The notes below the pieces were generated by a model, which was not told the origin of the DNA, made no database searches, and saw only the letters and a list, made by a program, of their open reading frames with translations. Positions 1 to 35,700 of a stretch of DNA of 64,000 nt are shown here, in pieces (the first letter of the stretch is position 1; each line of letters starts with the position of its first letter). Location of the stretch: positions 7,688,001 through 7,752,000 of the forward strand of contig CM035360.1 in NCBI GenBank assembly GCA_020137815.1, given 5' to 3'. Source of the DNA: Hormiphora californensis (Eukaryota > Animalia > Ctenophora). Position numbers and translations under genes: made by a program.

Positions 1-3000
1 TGAACCCTTCCTGGTACACTACTTTAGTGATGGGGTGGGGATGTCAGGGGGAGCAGGTCAAACAGCCAGGGCAGAGGAAGATGTCATTGCAGAACCAGGT
101 AAGAGAGCCGTTGGGGATCAGAGTTTTTCTTGTAAATTGTCCAACTTAACAACTTTTTATCACGGCAGTGTTAGTTGATGCTAACATTCCCCTTCCCCAC
201 TAATACTCCCTCTCCCCACAACAGTGGTTCTGAAGGGTCCCCTGGATGGCAACTTTAAACCGTTTAATCAGCCTGGACAGCAGGGTAAAGCACTCTGCTT
301 TAGACCTGATATCATGGAGACTGATGAAGAGAGAACATTCCCTGAATTCAAACGGTAATTACATCTCAGAGGGGGGAGCCGAGTCGAGAGATATACATAC
401 TGTCATCGACTCATCGGGCGAGAGTCCGAAGACATTTTTAAACTTGATCAAGATCAGATATCATGGATCAACTAACATTCACTTTTCACTATTCAGGTTC
501 CAGGTGTTTTATCTGGCTCTCAGGAACCTCATTATAGCAATGTGGAATCTAGATCCCAGGGAGCACGTGACGGTACAGAGGGTGAAGAGGGCTGTCATAG
601 TTCGTGGAATAGTACGAATCAGGTCGGTAACGTGTTTGTGAACAAACAAATTGTTTACCAAAACCAATTTTTCTTTTTCTCTCCTCACAAAATTCTAAAA
701 CTAAATCCACCCAACAGGTACAGCTTGGAGGCGATAAGAGTGGTATCCTTCCTGACTCAGCGGGGTATAATCAATACTGGGGTCTTGCCTCTAACAGTCG
801 ACCCAGATACCTTTCTAATCAGTCCTGAGAGGAAACCTAGTATTGTGGTAGTTGGGGCGGGTATATCTGGTCTAGCTGCTGCACGGCAACTCCACATGTT
901 CGGGTTAGTGTCGAGACAGATAGATTGTTGAAGGTAAAGATTTCCCACCTCTATTGTCTCATTACCACTGTAACCTCTAACCCAGCCCCCTCCAGTTTCT
1001 ACCCCTCTCCCTAGGTACCAAGTTAAGGTGCTAGAGGCCCGGGATAGGGTGGGTGGAAGGATATGGGACGATCACTCCATGGGGTGTTGTGCTGCTAAGG
1101 GGGCTCAGATTATAACAGGGTGCATCAATAACCCATCTACCCTCATGTGCAAACAGGTATTACAGGAGAGTGATTTTGTACCACCCTGGAATTGTGATTG
1201 TTGTTTGTATTGTTTTTCAGGATCATTAAACCACTCTCCCTCTCTTTAGTTGGGTATCCCCCTGCACCCGATAAAAGACAGTTACTGCCAGCTATTTGAA
1301 GAGGACGGGGAGCCCGTAACACAAGATGCAGACCGCAGGGCAGATCTGCACTTCAATGCCCTGCTAGACGCAGTGGCGGAGTGGAAACTAGAGAGACTGA
1401 ACCTGTCTAAAACTAAGGGCGGAATTGAAAAACTGGACAGTAATAGTACTACAACTGGATCAAAGTAAGCAATATGACACACCACTGGGACTCCAATAAA
1501 CCAATTTCCAATCCATCTATTCCCGATTTTCCCTATTTCAACATGTTTTACCCCTCCCTTCAGAACCTCATTGGAGGAGAAGCTATCTGAGTTACACCGA
1601 CTATCAGTAACTCAAGGAAGACAGAGTTTTACTGATGATGAGAAGCGACTGATACAATTTCATATGAGCAACCTGGAGTACGCGTGTGGGGCATCTCTTA
1701 ATAAGGTAACTAGCTGCTTGTTGCTATAACTGACAGGTACCTACTGGCTTGTCACCACTATAAGAGAGGTGAATGAGGGATGTCAGGATTCAGCGCTGAA
1801 TGTAGCTACAATCCGCATGTATTGGCAGAATTTAGCGCCACGGAGCCCCGTGTAGCGGGTAGCGCCATGTAGCTGCTTGTATTTGTATTTTTTAAATCAG
1901 TTTACAGTGACAGTATTGCTATTTCTATGCGTTGAAAGTGTGCGTGTATGCAAGGTGTGGGACAGTGCACGTTTAGCTAAAACTTACACAAGCATGATTA
2001 TTATTGCTTGTCTTCTCACATCTCCCTCCCTCATCTATCATCTAATAACATCCCTCTCTCCCCAGCCGCCTACTTCTTCACCCAGTTCTCCATTTCCTAA
2101 CCGTTTCTCTATCCCCCTACTTCCCCCCTCCCCACTCTTCAGGTATCAGCAATGTGGTGGGACCAGAATGAGGAGTATTCACAGTTTACTGGCGACCACT
2201 CCTTTATACACAGAGGATACAGCGCCATTACTGATGGACTAGCTAATGGACTTGATATTGCCCTCAACCAAGAGGTATACAGAGGGGGGAGTTGATCCCT
2301 CAATATATTGATGTTTGAACTAAACACTTCAGTTGTGGCTACCCGCTACTGTGAAGCTAACCGTGTCCCCTCTGCCCCTCACCAGGTGACAAAGATAGAT
2401 TACACGGGTGATAAGGTGATAGTGAAGACAAATAAAGATGAGCACTTGACTGATAAAGTTATAGTGACACTACCTCTAGCTATCCTACAAAGTAGTGATG
2501 TAACCTTCACTCCTCTACTACCTGACTGGAAATCCCACTGCATCCAGAGGATGGGTGTGGGATGTATAGAAAAGGTATGTCCCCCGCATTACTGATTATT
2601 TCTTGGTTTGTCTAACATATCAGACATGCTGTGACATTTTAAACGACAAATCGTAAACGTCGTGGGACACGGAGAGACAGACAGTGGCCCCTGTTGGCGG
2701 GTTTAGAACCTCACCCTTTACTGTGACGCGCGATGCCTCAGTAGACCAAATCAGGCGCGCGCACTCCCTAAAAGTACACAAATGTCACACGGCAGTATCA
2801 ATCAGAACCGGGGCCCACCGGGCTTCTATTCAGAGTCAGTTGCATGCACGTGCTATCTCTTTCTAGAATGCTAAATTATGACATATTTCTCTGTTTCAGA
2901 TTGCTATGAAGTTCCCTAAGAATTTCTGGTCTGATAAGATAAAGGGTTCAGAGTTCTTTGGCCATGTCCCCAGTACAGAAGAGCTGAGAGGGATGTTCAC

Positions 3001-3758
3001 CATTTTCTACGATATAAACACACCGGTGAGTACTTATATCGAGTAGAGTTGGTGACAAACAATATAACGATAGGTTTTAACTAAATCTACCATCTGGGTA
3101 GCTTTGAATACTATGGTTTGACCCCTATACAGAACAAGAAAGGACCCCATGTGTTGATGAGTGTTATCTGTGGGGATGCAATGTCTTATCGAAAGGAGAC
3201 ATCTTCCTCTAACATTGTCAATAACTGTCTCTCACTGCTACGAAGCATGTTCCAGGTATGTTTCAACCTATACCATCCCTGTAGCCCCTAGATTACTGCA
3301 CGATTGGACTGCTCCAACTCTGTTTATAACGAAGAACTAAGCAAGTTACCCAGTTACCAGCCACTACTTCTAACCTCCCTCGCCAGGATGTACCTAATCC
3401 GGATGACTACTGGGTGACTAACTGGTCCAGAGACAGGTTCAGTAAGATGAGCTACAGTTACATGGGACTCAGCAGTATGGGCAAGGACTACGATCAGATG
3501 GCAGCTGATGTGGAGGAGAAGGTGAGGTAGATTTAGATAGTTAGCCCCCTGAGCTGGGGACAGGGGTTATTTTGTGTAGCTCACATCGAAATTTATTTCG
3601 GTAGAGCAGGAGATGTCTGATATTTCCTCTCCCAGGTGTTTTTCGCTGGTGAGGCAACGAATCGTCGTTTCCCACAGACTGTCACTGGGGCCTACCTCAG
3701 CGGTATTAGGGAGGCGTGCAAGATCGTGGAGCGTGGCTATAGCTCCACGGCATATTGA
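1..3758 (+). CDS. KDM1B: Lysine-specific histone demethylase 1B (LSD2), 5'-truncated, multi-exon (SWIRM + amine oxidase)
   Basis: GT-AG exons (approx. 1-98, 224-354, 496-623, 717-903, 1015-1156, 1250-1464, 1564-1705, 2143-2274, 2386-2574, 2900-3025, 3133-3255, 3387-3521, 3636-3758). Motifs: [105 protein letters not shown]. These match LSD2 rather than LSD1. Confidence 0.93.
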
Positions 3759-4056
3759 GAGGGGCTATAACAGCTCCACAGCTTACTGAGCTACATTTCA
3801 TGCATTTGATGTTTTGTTGTGCTAAATTTCATTTACTGACTCTCATGTTTGCTGCTGCTGCTGCAATGTTTTTATCTAAAAAGAGGGCATTTATTTTTAT
3901 CGTTTATTTAATTTATCCCATTTGACGTTACATCTTATTTTTCCTACCAGCCCCTTCGTTTCCCTAATCCCCATGATTTATCTTGTTTCAATACTCCCCA
4001 CACCTCTCAAAACTTCCTAACCCTCATGTACCCTAACCCCCTGATCTTCATTAGTC

Positions 4057-25933
<21,877 letters not shown>

Positions 25934-25989
25934 ACTAGATGACTCGTTCAGACTCTCTCGGGACAAGTTATGAGTTTGATTGAGTTGAA

Positions 25990-26464
25990 CTAGTAAACCC
26001 GTTCGCCCTACGGGCGAATTTCGCGGAAATGCAATGGTAGCTGGATTAGACTGTTGACATGCACTATCCCTGAAGCACATCTATATACCGCGATTGCACA
26101 TATCACTCCCCTGTGCGCGACCAGTTGCACGCTGAAATATGCACTTTGCAGCTGTGCTTCGCGGAGCGTGCATATATGGAGGCCGCAGGGATAATAAGTC
26201 AGAAAATTTTTTGGCCGATTGCTTGCTTTTTTTCAGGGCTGGACCCCCCCCCCCCCAACATGCTGGGGGTGGGATAATTCGGGTGTTTTTGCATTATATT
26301 TAAGATATATAATGAATGATTTTCGCGATTTTTATTTAATCGCGAAAATAATGCCCTCGTAAAATAAAATCCTTTTACCTTGGTTGCAACACAGAAAAGT
26401 AACACGTCACGGAAATATCTTTGCCAAGGATCCGAGAGAGGAGAGAGAGGAGAGAGAGAGGGAG

Positions 26465-26497
<33 letters not shown>
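25990..26497 (-). mobile_element. Non-autonomous Helitron-like element
   Basis: Minus strand: A|TC(TC)n 5' end, subterminal hairpin TTCGCCC-GTA-GGGCGAA, 3' CTAG|T; no TSD. Confidence 0.6.
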
Positions 26498-26636
26498 TAC
26501 AGTGGGGGTGATCACATGACTTGGAGGGACGGATTAATAAACAAAAGCAATCCTATTCAGGGGAATATGACACAATGACATATACGATTACTCTAACTAT
26601 CCTCCTCTTTATCCCTGACCTTGAATTGAACTACTA

Positions 26637-27815
26637 TTAGTATCTCATTCTCCCTTCTAGAACCGAACGTAAGATCTGCAGGAGCAACATTCCATGTCTG
26701 TCGTCTGAAAACAGGTATTTTTCAATACAGCTCATTTGAAAAGAAATGGCCTGCCTCCGGACCCAACAATAGCATTAGCACGACCATCACACACATTACA
26801 CACTCCTTAGTCCATCCTCTCCGTTCTAAAGTAAACTAAACTGCTGCTCATATCTTCAGCCCATTTTATGAAGTAGTCAGAACTAAATGCCGGCAGTGTG
26901 GCCGCAATGGTATCTGAGCTCTATTACCTACTGAATTCAATAGTATGGTCTGTAATCAATACTTTGTGGTTAGAAACAATTTGTATTATTCATAACATTC
27001 ATGCTCCTATCTTTTAAAAAAAATTTTTGAGATGCCAAAAACGTATTTACAGGAAATTTTTTAAATAGCTGTAGCAAAAATATGAATTCGACTTGAGAGC
27101 TCAAATTGCATATTTAAGGTCTCCTTGGCATGGCCTACAACCCTACGGTGAGAGATTTCCCTGCACTCGAAAAAAAATTTTGGTTAGCGTACCCTTAATA
27201 CATACAGAGTTCAACAAAATAAATACTGTAACTAATTATAATGTAGAAAATTCCATAAGTAATCTTGTGTTTTCGTCTTTAATTATTGGTCTACAAGTAT
27301 AACTATCTAAATCATAGTCTAAAACTATCTAAATCCATTAATTTTTTAGATGACTGTATGTAAAATTATTCGGTCATTTGTCAAACTCAATACCAACCCA
27401 GATATGATTCAAAGTAATATTATGGTAATTTCAATAGAATTCGATGTAAATTGTTCGATGTTAGTTGTAACTTGATTTGTAGTTGAACTTGGAGTCCTGT
27501 ATCGGCCGATATATCGGGATGTCTACTTACGAGGTGATAGCCCTGACGGGGAGGATAACGATAGGGCCGGGAATGGTTCCATTGACACACGCCACCTCTC
27601 CTTGAGCTACTTGGGCCACCATATTTCTATTGTATTTTATCAAAGGACACGAAATGAGATAGAATAGAAGATCAGACTGAAAATGTGACCCACGCTGCTA
27701 CCTTGTTGATTTCATCCAACGCGACTTATTATAAAGGACTTTTATTCGTACGTTATTACTGAGCCGCGCATGAAGCAGTAAATTAACGCGCAAATCAACA
27801 GTTTGTGCCGCGCAT
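26637..27815 (-). CDS. Candidate small gene of unknown function, divergent from KAT6
   Basis: Plausible donors (27701, 27530 GTAAGT) and acceptors (~27628, ~26950); coding-like stretches (VDLRVNLLLHARLSNNVRIKVLYNKSRW, FIKWAEDMSSSLVYF, LLLQILRSVLEGRMRY*) that need frameshifts to join. Confidence 0.3.
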
Positions 27816-28053
27816 TGTTGTAAAACGCGCCGCGCGGAAAAACTCCAATCTGAAATGTCAAAGTTTTCAGATTTTTTCCGGACATTTTCAGTTCCGCTTT
27901 TCAGTTTCGACTTTCGTGCGGACTGTGGTTCTTCTACCTCCGTCTTCTACTGCCTCAGTCTTTTGAGCCCTGTTTAAGTAACAAATAAAACTAATTCAGT
28001 AAATTGATTATCAAGGTTTCCAGATATACTAACAATCTCACTTTTCTCAGAAA

Positions 28054-31000
28054 ATGGTCTCTCCGAAAAAGTCCATTCCAGATCCGAAATTCCTTCTGCG
28101 GATCGTCACCATTTGCAACAAGATGAAAAGCAACAAGCAGAGGGCCAGCATTGAGAGGATCGTGTTTTATATGAATCAGTATTACGGTATAGCGGAGGCC
28201 GAGGTCACTCATCAATTAGAACTTGCTGTCAACTGCGGAAAGGTCAAGAAATTCGTTGGGATCAAGGGAAAGGAATCATATCGGGATGCAGACTTTCCAA
28301 CCCACCAATCATCTCGTCGACATAGCGCTGATTTGAGGTTACTGGTAGCTACTGCGATAGAATCCTTGGCGAACAGTAGCGGATCCAAGATCAGTGCTGT
28401 TGAGGAACATATCAGGACAACTCATGCTTTAGATCTCTCCAGAGCAGACATTACCCCACAACTCAAAGTAGCAGTAGCACATGGAGTAACTGAGGGGTTG
28501 TTCACCCGTAAAGGAGCCTTTGTCAAAGTGGTCACAGGGAAGCTGGAGGAACTGCGACAGAAGGACTAATATGCTAGTACATGAGTGAGAGTGTAGAACC
28601 CTCCCCTGTGTGTGGGTTTTGTCTTGGTACCAGCGAGTGTAACAAGGAGAAGCAGACTGAGTTGCTGCTGAGTTGTGTGGATTGTGGTAAACAGTGGTCA
28701 CCCCTCCTGCCTCAAGTTCAGTAAGGAACTAACTCGACAAGTCCTGTGTGAGAGATGGCAGTGTATAGAAGTGTAAAGTGTGTTCATTCTGTAAACACAG
28801 CGGGGAGGCAGAGGATCTCTTGTTTTGTGATTCCTGTGACAAGGGATTCCATAAGGGGATGTCTCCAACCTCCAATGGAGGAGATGCCTAGTGGCTTCTG
28901 GGCTTGCTGTCTGTGTACTAGACATACTGAGGACCAGGGAGGTGGGGGAGTGAAGGGAAGTGCGAGGGGGAAGAGGAGGAAGACTGCAGCTGTAGCTACC
29001 CCGGTCTCTACTCCTGTTGCCACCCCAGCTACACCTTCCACTGCTGGAAAGAAGTCTGCAAGAAAGTGTAAGAAGAATGAAGACACTCCCGTAAGAGAGG
29101 TGGAGAAGGCGAGTAGAAGAAGGCGGAAAAAGCAATCAAGTGATAGTTGTACAGACAGTGAAGCGTTTGCCCCTGTTCAGTCTTCACCCGGTAATAGTAA
29201 ACATCCAGAGGTATCAGAAGACGATAGGAAACTATTCGATACGATCAGTGAGAAATGTCGGAAAGCGCTCAAGATATCTCCTGCGGAAACGACTGGTGAA
29301 CGATTCCCAAAAGTAATCGATTTTGGGGAGTATGAGATAGAGACTTGGTACAGCTCTCCACTTCCTTTTGAATACTCCCGGCTACACAAATTGTTCTTTT
29401 GCGAGTTCTGTCTTCAGTTTATGAAAAGTAAGGAAGCGTGGGATCGTCACCAGTCCAAATGCTCCCTCAAACAACCCCCTGCTAACTGAGATATACAGAC
29501 ACAAGGACATATCTCTTTTTGAGGCAGGATGGGGCGCAGAACAAACTATACTGTCCGGAATCTGTGTCTTCTTGCTAAGATGTTTCTAGATCACAAGACA
29601 CTGTATTTTGATGTGGAGCCCTTCTTGTTCTATGTGCTGACAAGGAACGATGAGCATGGTAGTCACGTTGTGGGGTACTTCAGTAAAGAGAAATCTTGTC
29701 TACAAAACTACAATCTATCCTGCATCATGACACTACCTAACTCACAGCGGAAGGGGTATGGAAAGTTACTGATAGAGTTTAGTTACCTTCTCTCCCAGTT
29801 AGAGGGTAAACCTGGAACACCGGAGAAACCTTTATCTGATCTGGGTCTCATCAGTTATCGGTCATTCTGGCGGGCACAGGTGCTGGGTCACATAGCTAAA
29901 TCAGGGCTGGATCACATATCAATACCTCAGATATCACGTGATACAGGGATACTATCCGAGGACATTGTGTTGACTCTGTACGATTTGAATGTTCTGGACT
30001 TCACAGGTGCGGATTTTAAAGTGACACTAGATAAAGATATGGTATCAGAACTACTAGCTAAACAAGAGAGACCTGGCTATCACATTATCAACAAGTCTGC
30101 CCTGATATGGTCACCTGTAGTGGCCCCCACTGTACTGAACCGCCGACAGAGCACAGCAGAGTCCCCCCAGAAACAGTCTGGTATGCTGCTATCCCCCAAG
30201 AAGAAGAAGAAGGCTATCCAGAAGGATCCCCTTGAGGAGGAGGAAGGGGAGGAGGGTCCTAAACCTCTGGATACCTTTACCAAGTACTACCCCAACTGGA
30301 TACCAGCTGGTGAGGATGCTGATGAGTACAGATATGTGGGTGACTGTGAGAAGGGAGAGATAGAGGGGTTCGTGATGAAGAAGACACCAGGAAGGAAGAA
30401 GAGGGTTAAGTTTGCTGTTATCTATAACCCCAAGTCTGGGAAGAGGTTCACCCGGGCTGTTCCTGAAAAGAAGAAAAGTAGCAGAAAGAGCAGTCGGAGA
30501 AGCAGGAAGGTGTCCGAGGAAGAAGAAGAAGAATGTCACGAGGAAGAGGAAGAGGAAGAGGAAAGAGGTCAAGAAGAAGAAGGGGAGGAAAGAGAAGAAG
30601 GAGAAGAAGAGGGAGAAGAAGATGTGGAAAGAGAAGAAGGGGAGGAGGAGGAAGGGTTGGTGATAGAGGAAGTTGAGCAGAAAGAGGAGGATACTGATCC
30701 TGTGGATGATGACACTAAACCTGAATCTTCTAAAGAGATAGGACAGTGTGCTGAAGCTAGTGAGGTAGTAATGGAGGAGGTTCATGGCAGCCCTGCTATC
30801 TCTTATAATGAGGTCTCCTCAACATCAGACATCAAGATCAAAGTGGAACAGCATGTGACACATTGCCATTCTACTACCTGTCCCTCCCTCTCCCTCTGTC
30901 CCCGCCTCCCCCTGGTGAGGTCCAGTCCCCTGTACCCTTACAACCACCGCGGGATAAGAAGAGGGCCCACTCTGATGAGTCATCTGAGGACCAACATCTA

Positions 31001-31255
31001 CCTGAGAGTAAGAAATCTCGTCCTGAGTTTGTGTTCCATTACCAAAGTAGTAGTGAGAGTGAGGGTGAGGCAGCAGAACCCCCAACCCGTCTACCACGCA
31101 GTCTCACATCCCCTCAACACACAGACACAGAGGAGGGGGAGGAGGAGGAGGCTTCATCTCTCTTTCTCAGCAACTCTCTGACTAACATCTACCTGAAATC
31201 TGCATCAACTAACATGAAAATACAGTCCTCTGAACTTCATAAAACTGCTGAGTAG
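28054..31255 (+). CDS. KAT6: KAT6/MOZ-MORF-type MYST histone acetyltransferase, intronless CDS with ~8-9 apparent +1 frameshifts
   Basis: N-terminal winged helix ([14 protein letters not shown]), H15-like domain, double PHD ([39 protein letters not shown]), MYST domain ([61 protein letters not shown]) and acidic tail. Confidence 0.9.
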
Positions 31256-31857
31256 TAGTCCACATGTGAGAGATATGGTGGAATATATTCCATATATGGT
31301 GTTTGAGGAATAGTGATTTATTTGAAAAGTTTTTTATGCATGAAAGAAAGAAAATGACACTTTTAACATAGTAAATAAAAAGGAACTATATTTGTTTTGT
31401 CAGTGTGTGTGAAAGATAAGTTATAAGCAGCAGAGAGTGGAAATGATTTGTTAAATGTTTTGTGTGACCAATGATTTTCAATTTCCACATGACCTTTCAG
31501 TATACAGTGTGTGTTATTCTCTCTCCCCCCTACCACCCTGTTACACATATTACCTCTACCTCCCTCTTCATTTCATCATCCCTAATGAATATATCCTTCC
31601 CCAATACGCTATTATCGAAAGTAACCCGTTCTACCTTATTCAATAGATGGGTAGGTGACTTAACAATGTGACGTCATAACGCACGTCATTTAGCAGACAC
31701 TCACTCTCTTTCTGTTTTGTATTCTAATATCTCTCTTGTTCTATATCTCTCTGAATTATAAGCTTCAACTTTCTATAGTAGGTAGTTTCTCATTTCGCAA
31801 TAAGGTAATGAGGAGGTTACGTAATCTTTGATCAGGAGAGTAATACCTGTCTGTACA

Positions 31858-31939
<82 letters not shown>

Positions 31940-32281
31940 TCCCCGTTTTATTTCTCTCCCAAATACAACATTCTACAATCTCGGACACACAAAACACTGC
32001 AGCCTTAGTGTTTTGTGATTTCAATGTTCTCGATTCTTTCAAGTTCTAGAACTTTCCATGTTTTTTCTCTCTCCCTAACCCCTCTTTCTCCCCCCCCCCC
32101 CCTTCACCCACTCGACCATCATCTCATCTCCCCTCCCTCTCCACACCCCCTCCCTACCGTTTTCCAAAGTTAACTGTCTCTAATATTTAACATACATGAA
32201 CCCCTATTATATCCCGGATAATAATTATATCCGGTATCGAATATTTTAATACATCTCCCTCTCCCTCTCTCTCTACTAGCT

Positions 32282-32733
32282 ATGACAGAAAGAGCAGATC
32301 TGGTAGCCCGGGCTAGGCTGGCTGAACAGGCGGAGCGATATGATGACATGGCCAATACTATGAAGAAGGTGGTGAAAAGTAAGTGACACACCCGCCCCTC
32401 TCTCTTTTTAGAGATCTTGTTACTAATGATTTATTTGCTGTTTTACTGCTGTTTGTTTCTGTTTATTTTGCTTACACTTCAACAGTCTATCACTTTGTCC
32501 TTTTCTCTGTATGTCTGTGCGTCTGTCTTCTTTTCTGTCTGTCCTTTTGTCTGTCAATAGTTATCATATATGTTTACAGTTTTCACATCATGTGATTATT
32601 ACTTAAATTGTGGATAATAATTTGTGTGTATGCACTTCTTTTGTGTGGGACTGTTGGCAAACATTTTCTTAGTATGCACCAGGGCACTTTCTCTTCCTCC
32701 TTTTCTCTCTCTCTGTCTCTCTCTCTCTCTCTG

Positions 32734-32767
<34 letters not shown>

Positions 32768-35700
32768 TCTCTCTATCTAGCTCTCTCTCTGTCTCTCTCC
32801 TCTTTCCCTCTCACTGTTGTGTATATGCACATTTATCACAGCGTACTGTACAGTAGAACGGGGAAGAGAGAGGGAGCAGAGAGAGATAGAAAGAGAACGG
32901 GTAAATATTAAAATGTCAAACTATGACAGACACACAAATAGAAGGATGCGGATAAAATGTAATCAGTGTGATACAAAATACAGCAGTCTCGATATTTCCC
33001 TTTCCTTCCTTGCCGCTCTCCCTGCATTTTCCCCTCTTTCTGTCTCTCTTATAGAATCCGCTTTTCATTCAAAACCTGCTATAGCTGACCATTGAACTCA
33101 ACAACAGACCACTGCACCCGCCCCCCAAGACCCCCATTAAAATAACTCACCTATAACAACTATACACCCCCTTTAGATCTGAACCCCCCCACTACACCCC
33201 GCCCCCGTTTAGATTTGAACGAGGAGCTGTCTCACGAGGAGAGGAACTTCCTCAGTGTGGCCTACAAGAACGTAGTGGGAGCTCGCAGAAGCAGCTGGAG
33301 AGTTATTGGTAAGAAGAACTCTATTTTTAACACCTGTCGTGAGATTCTGACCATTTTTGGGATGAAATTGTGACTTGTGTACCCCGCTCTCTGCAGGATC
33401 GATTGAATCAAAGTTAGATGCTAACTCAACACGACAAGCTCAGACTCTGCAATACAGGGAATCCATAGAGAAGGAGCTGACTTCAATTTGCGAGGATGTC
33501 CTAGTAAGTGGACAGTTGGTTTTATGAAGGAGTAGCTGTGTTTATGAAGGAGTAGATATGTTTATGAAGGAGTAGATCTGTGTTTATGAAGGAGTAGATA
33601 TGTTTATGAAGGAGTAGATCTGTGTTTATAAACTATCGTTCAGTTCATTTCACATAGCTGTGTGAAGCTCTCTAATCATGCTATACACTGTGTGTGCGTG
33701 TTCTTAACACGAAACAACACCGTAACAACAACACCACCACACACATTCTGGGTGGCCATTAAAAAGCTGCCTCTCGCAGCACACCTAATATAAACACAGC
33801 CAAAAACACGTTTTATCAGACTCTACTACTACACACACGCACAACCATTATAGCCACTACATATAATATCACATTAAACTTCCTCCCGCAGTCCCTGATC
33901 ACGGACTCTCTGCTTCCTAACTCCACCAGCAACGAGAGCAAAGTGTTCTACCTAAAGATGAAGGGAGATTACTACCGATATCTATCTGAAGTTGGAAAGG
34001 GATCTGAGCGAACCGGTGAGTACTGATTGTTACAGTTTACTGTTACAGTTATATTTACTGTTACAGTTTCTCTACCTCACACTACCTCACTTTGCACTTT
34101 GATGTTTTGTTGAGAGCGGTAGAATAAACTGTGACGTAAGTCGTAACAGAAGAGAAGTGTGATGTGTGTTTTCTCTCTCTCTACAGTGTTTGATACACAC
34201 ACCCTGTGCAACAACTAGCATGTTTCATTAGCTCACTTTCGCATAATGTTCCAAATTGGGAACACCGCTGGTAGTATAACAGAGGCAGTAGATGCAGTAC
34301 AGCAGACAGCTGTGTTAGTCGAGACAAAAATACAGGAAGAAATTATGAAATATTATATATGGCCGAGTAAGAAAACTGCTTTGACTAGAAATGTCCCCCA
34401 GTTGGTAATCTGGTAGGCTGGAAAGTAGTACATAATCAGGTAATGGGGTACCTTGTCCACCCCCCCCCCAATTTTGCAGCCCCTATTACACAAGAGCTAT
34501 CCCAGTACGTATACCACTAGCAACCATAAATGGGGTTGCAGCTAATTATGTGAAAATGTGTAATATCATTTTCTGAGCGAATTGTGTGTCTGGAGCTTTC
34601 GAGAGGGAGATAGTTACCAAATTATAAAACTAGATGTTTAGTAGTAGCTGGTCCAACATTATACCTACACCCCTTTACCCACATAATAATACAAATTGTA
34701 ACCAACCACCCTCCCCTAGTGACTGTTAAGAAATCAGAGGACGCGTATCAAGATGCAATGCAGTTAGCTTCAAGTCACATGAACGCTACAGACCCCATTC
34801 TCCTTGGCCTGGCCCTCAACTTCTCAGTGTTTTACTACGAGATAATGAGCAATGGACAGGCTGCCTGCAAACTTGCTAAAGAGGTAATTAATTGATGGTA
34901 ATCCTTCTGGAAATGGGGGGGGGGTGGTATAGTAGTGAACAGAGAGGGGTGGTCTACAAGAAATAGGGCGGGTCTTTCTATAACCCATTAACCAAGTGAC
35001 GTCTACCTTTGCACACAGCTTGTGTGATTTAGTATGAGTTTACGTTGGTAATGAAATTCCCCCTCTGCGCTAGCTCACGGAGGGGTAATAATATCGCTTG
35101 TACGGCGGGAAAAAAATTCCTGTGTCCAAACTACAAAACAGAAAGTTCTAATTTTTTGAACATACCGAGGAAATTGTCTGAGCTACCATTACATACCGGA
35201 ATTTTTCGATATTTTGGCCATTAACACTGTTTTTGTTTTTGGAAAACTATGAAGATGCTGGAATTTGGCTACAAAAACCTTCAGAAATGTGCAAAATGCC
35301 ATTCCAAAGGTATTAGAGGTGGATTCATTGATAACTAAGCTATAGTCGAGTCAGAAAAAATTCCACAAGATTGGAATTTTATGCCCATATAAGGAGTTAT
35401 GCGACACACCTCTGTTGTTAAACATGTGGTGTAATCGCTACCGGTCGTTACTTTCTGTAGAATTCAGGTCCTGGTTACTATACAAACTAGTACCATACGT
35501 TTTAGATAGGTTTTAGACAAGTTTTCGATAACTTTTTATGAGAAGGTCCCGTAAATTTTCATTTTTAGGTAGGCGGTATTGTCACCCCTATATGCAATAA
35601 TAGGGGTGACTTCGTAACCAAGAGTTTACGTAGCTCGCGGGTTACTGGGACAATAATGTAACATTTCCCACACGACTAGCTCGCGAGGACGCGCAGTTCG

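Noticed and set aside
28054-31255. KAT6 processed pseudogene or programmed frameshifting
   Set aside because: Catalytic motifs are intact and the extra bases fit merged synonymous alleles; no slippery-site pattern.
35060-35700. Possible transposon in 14-3-3 intron 5 (TAGCTC(A/G)CG repeats, GTCACCCCTA hairpin)
   Set aside because: Could not define termini or a TSD.
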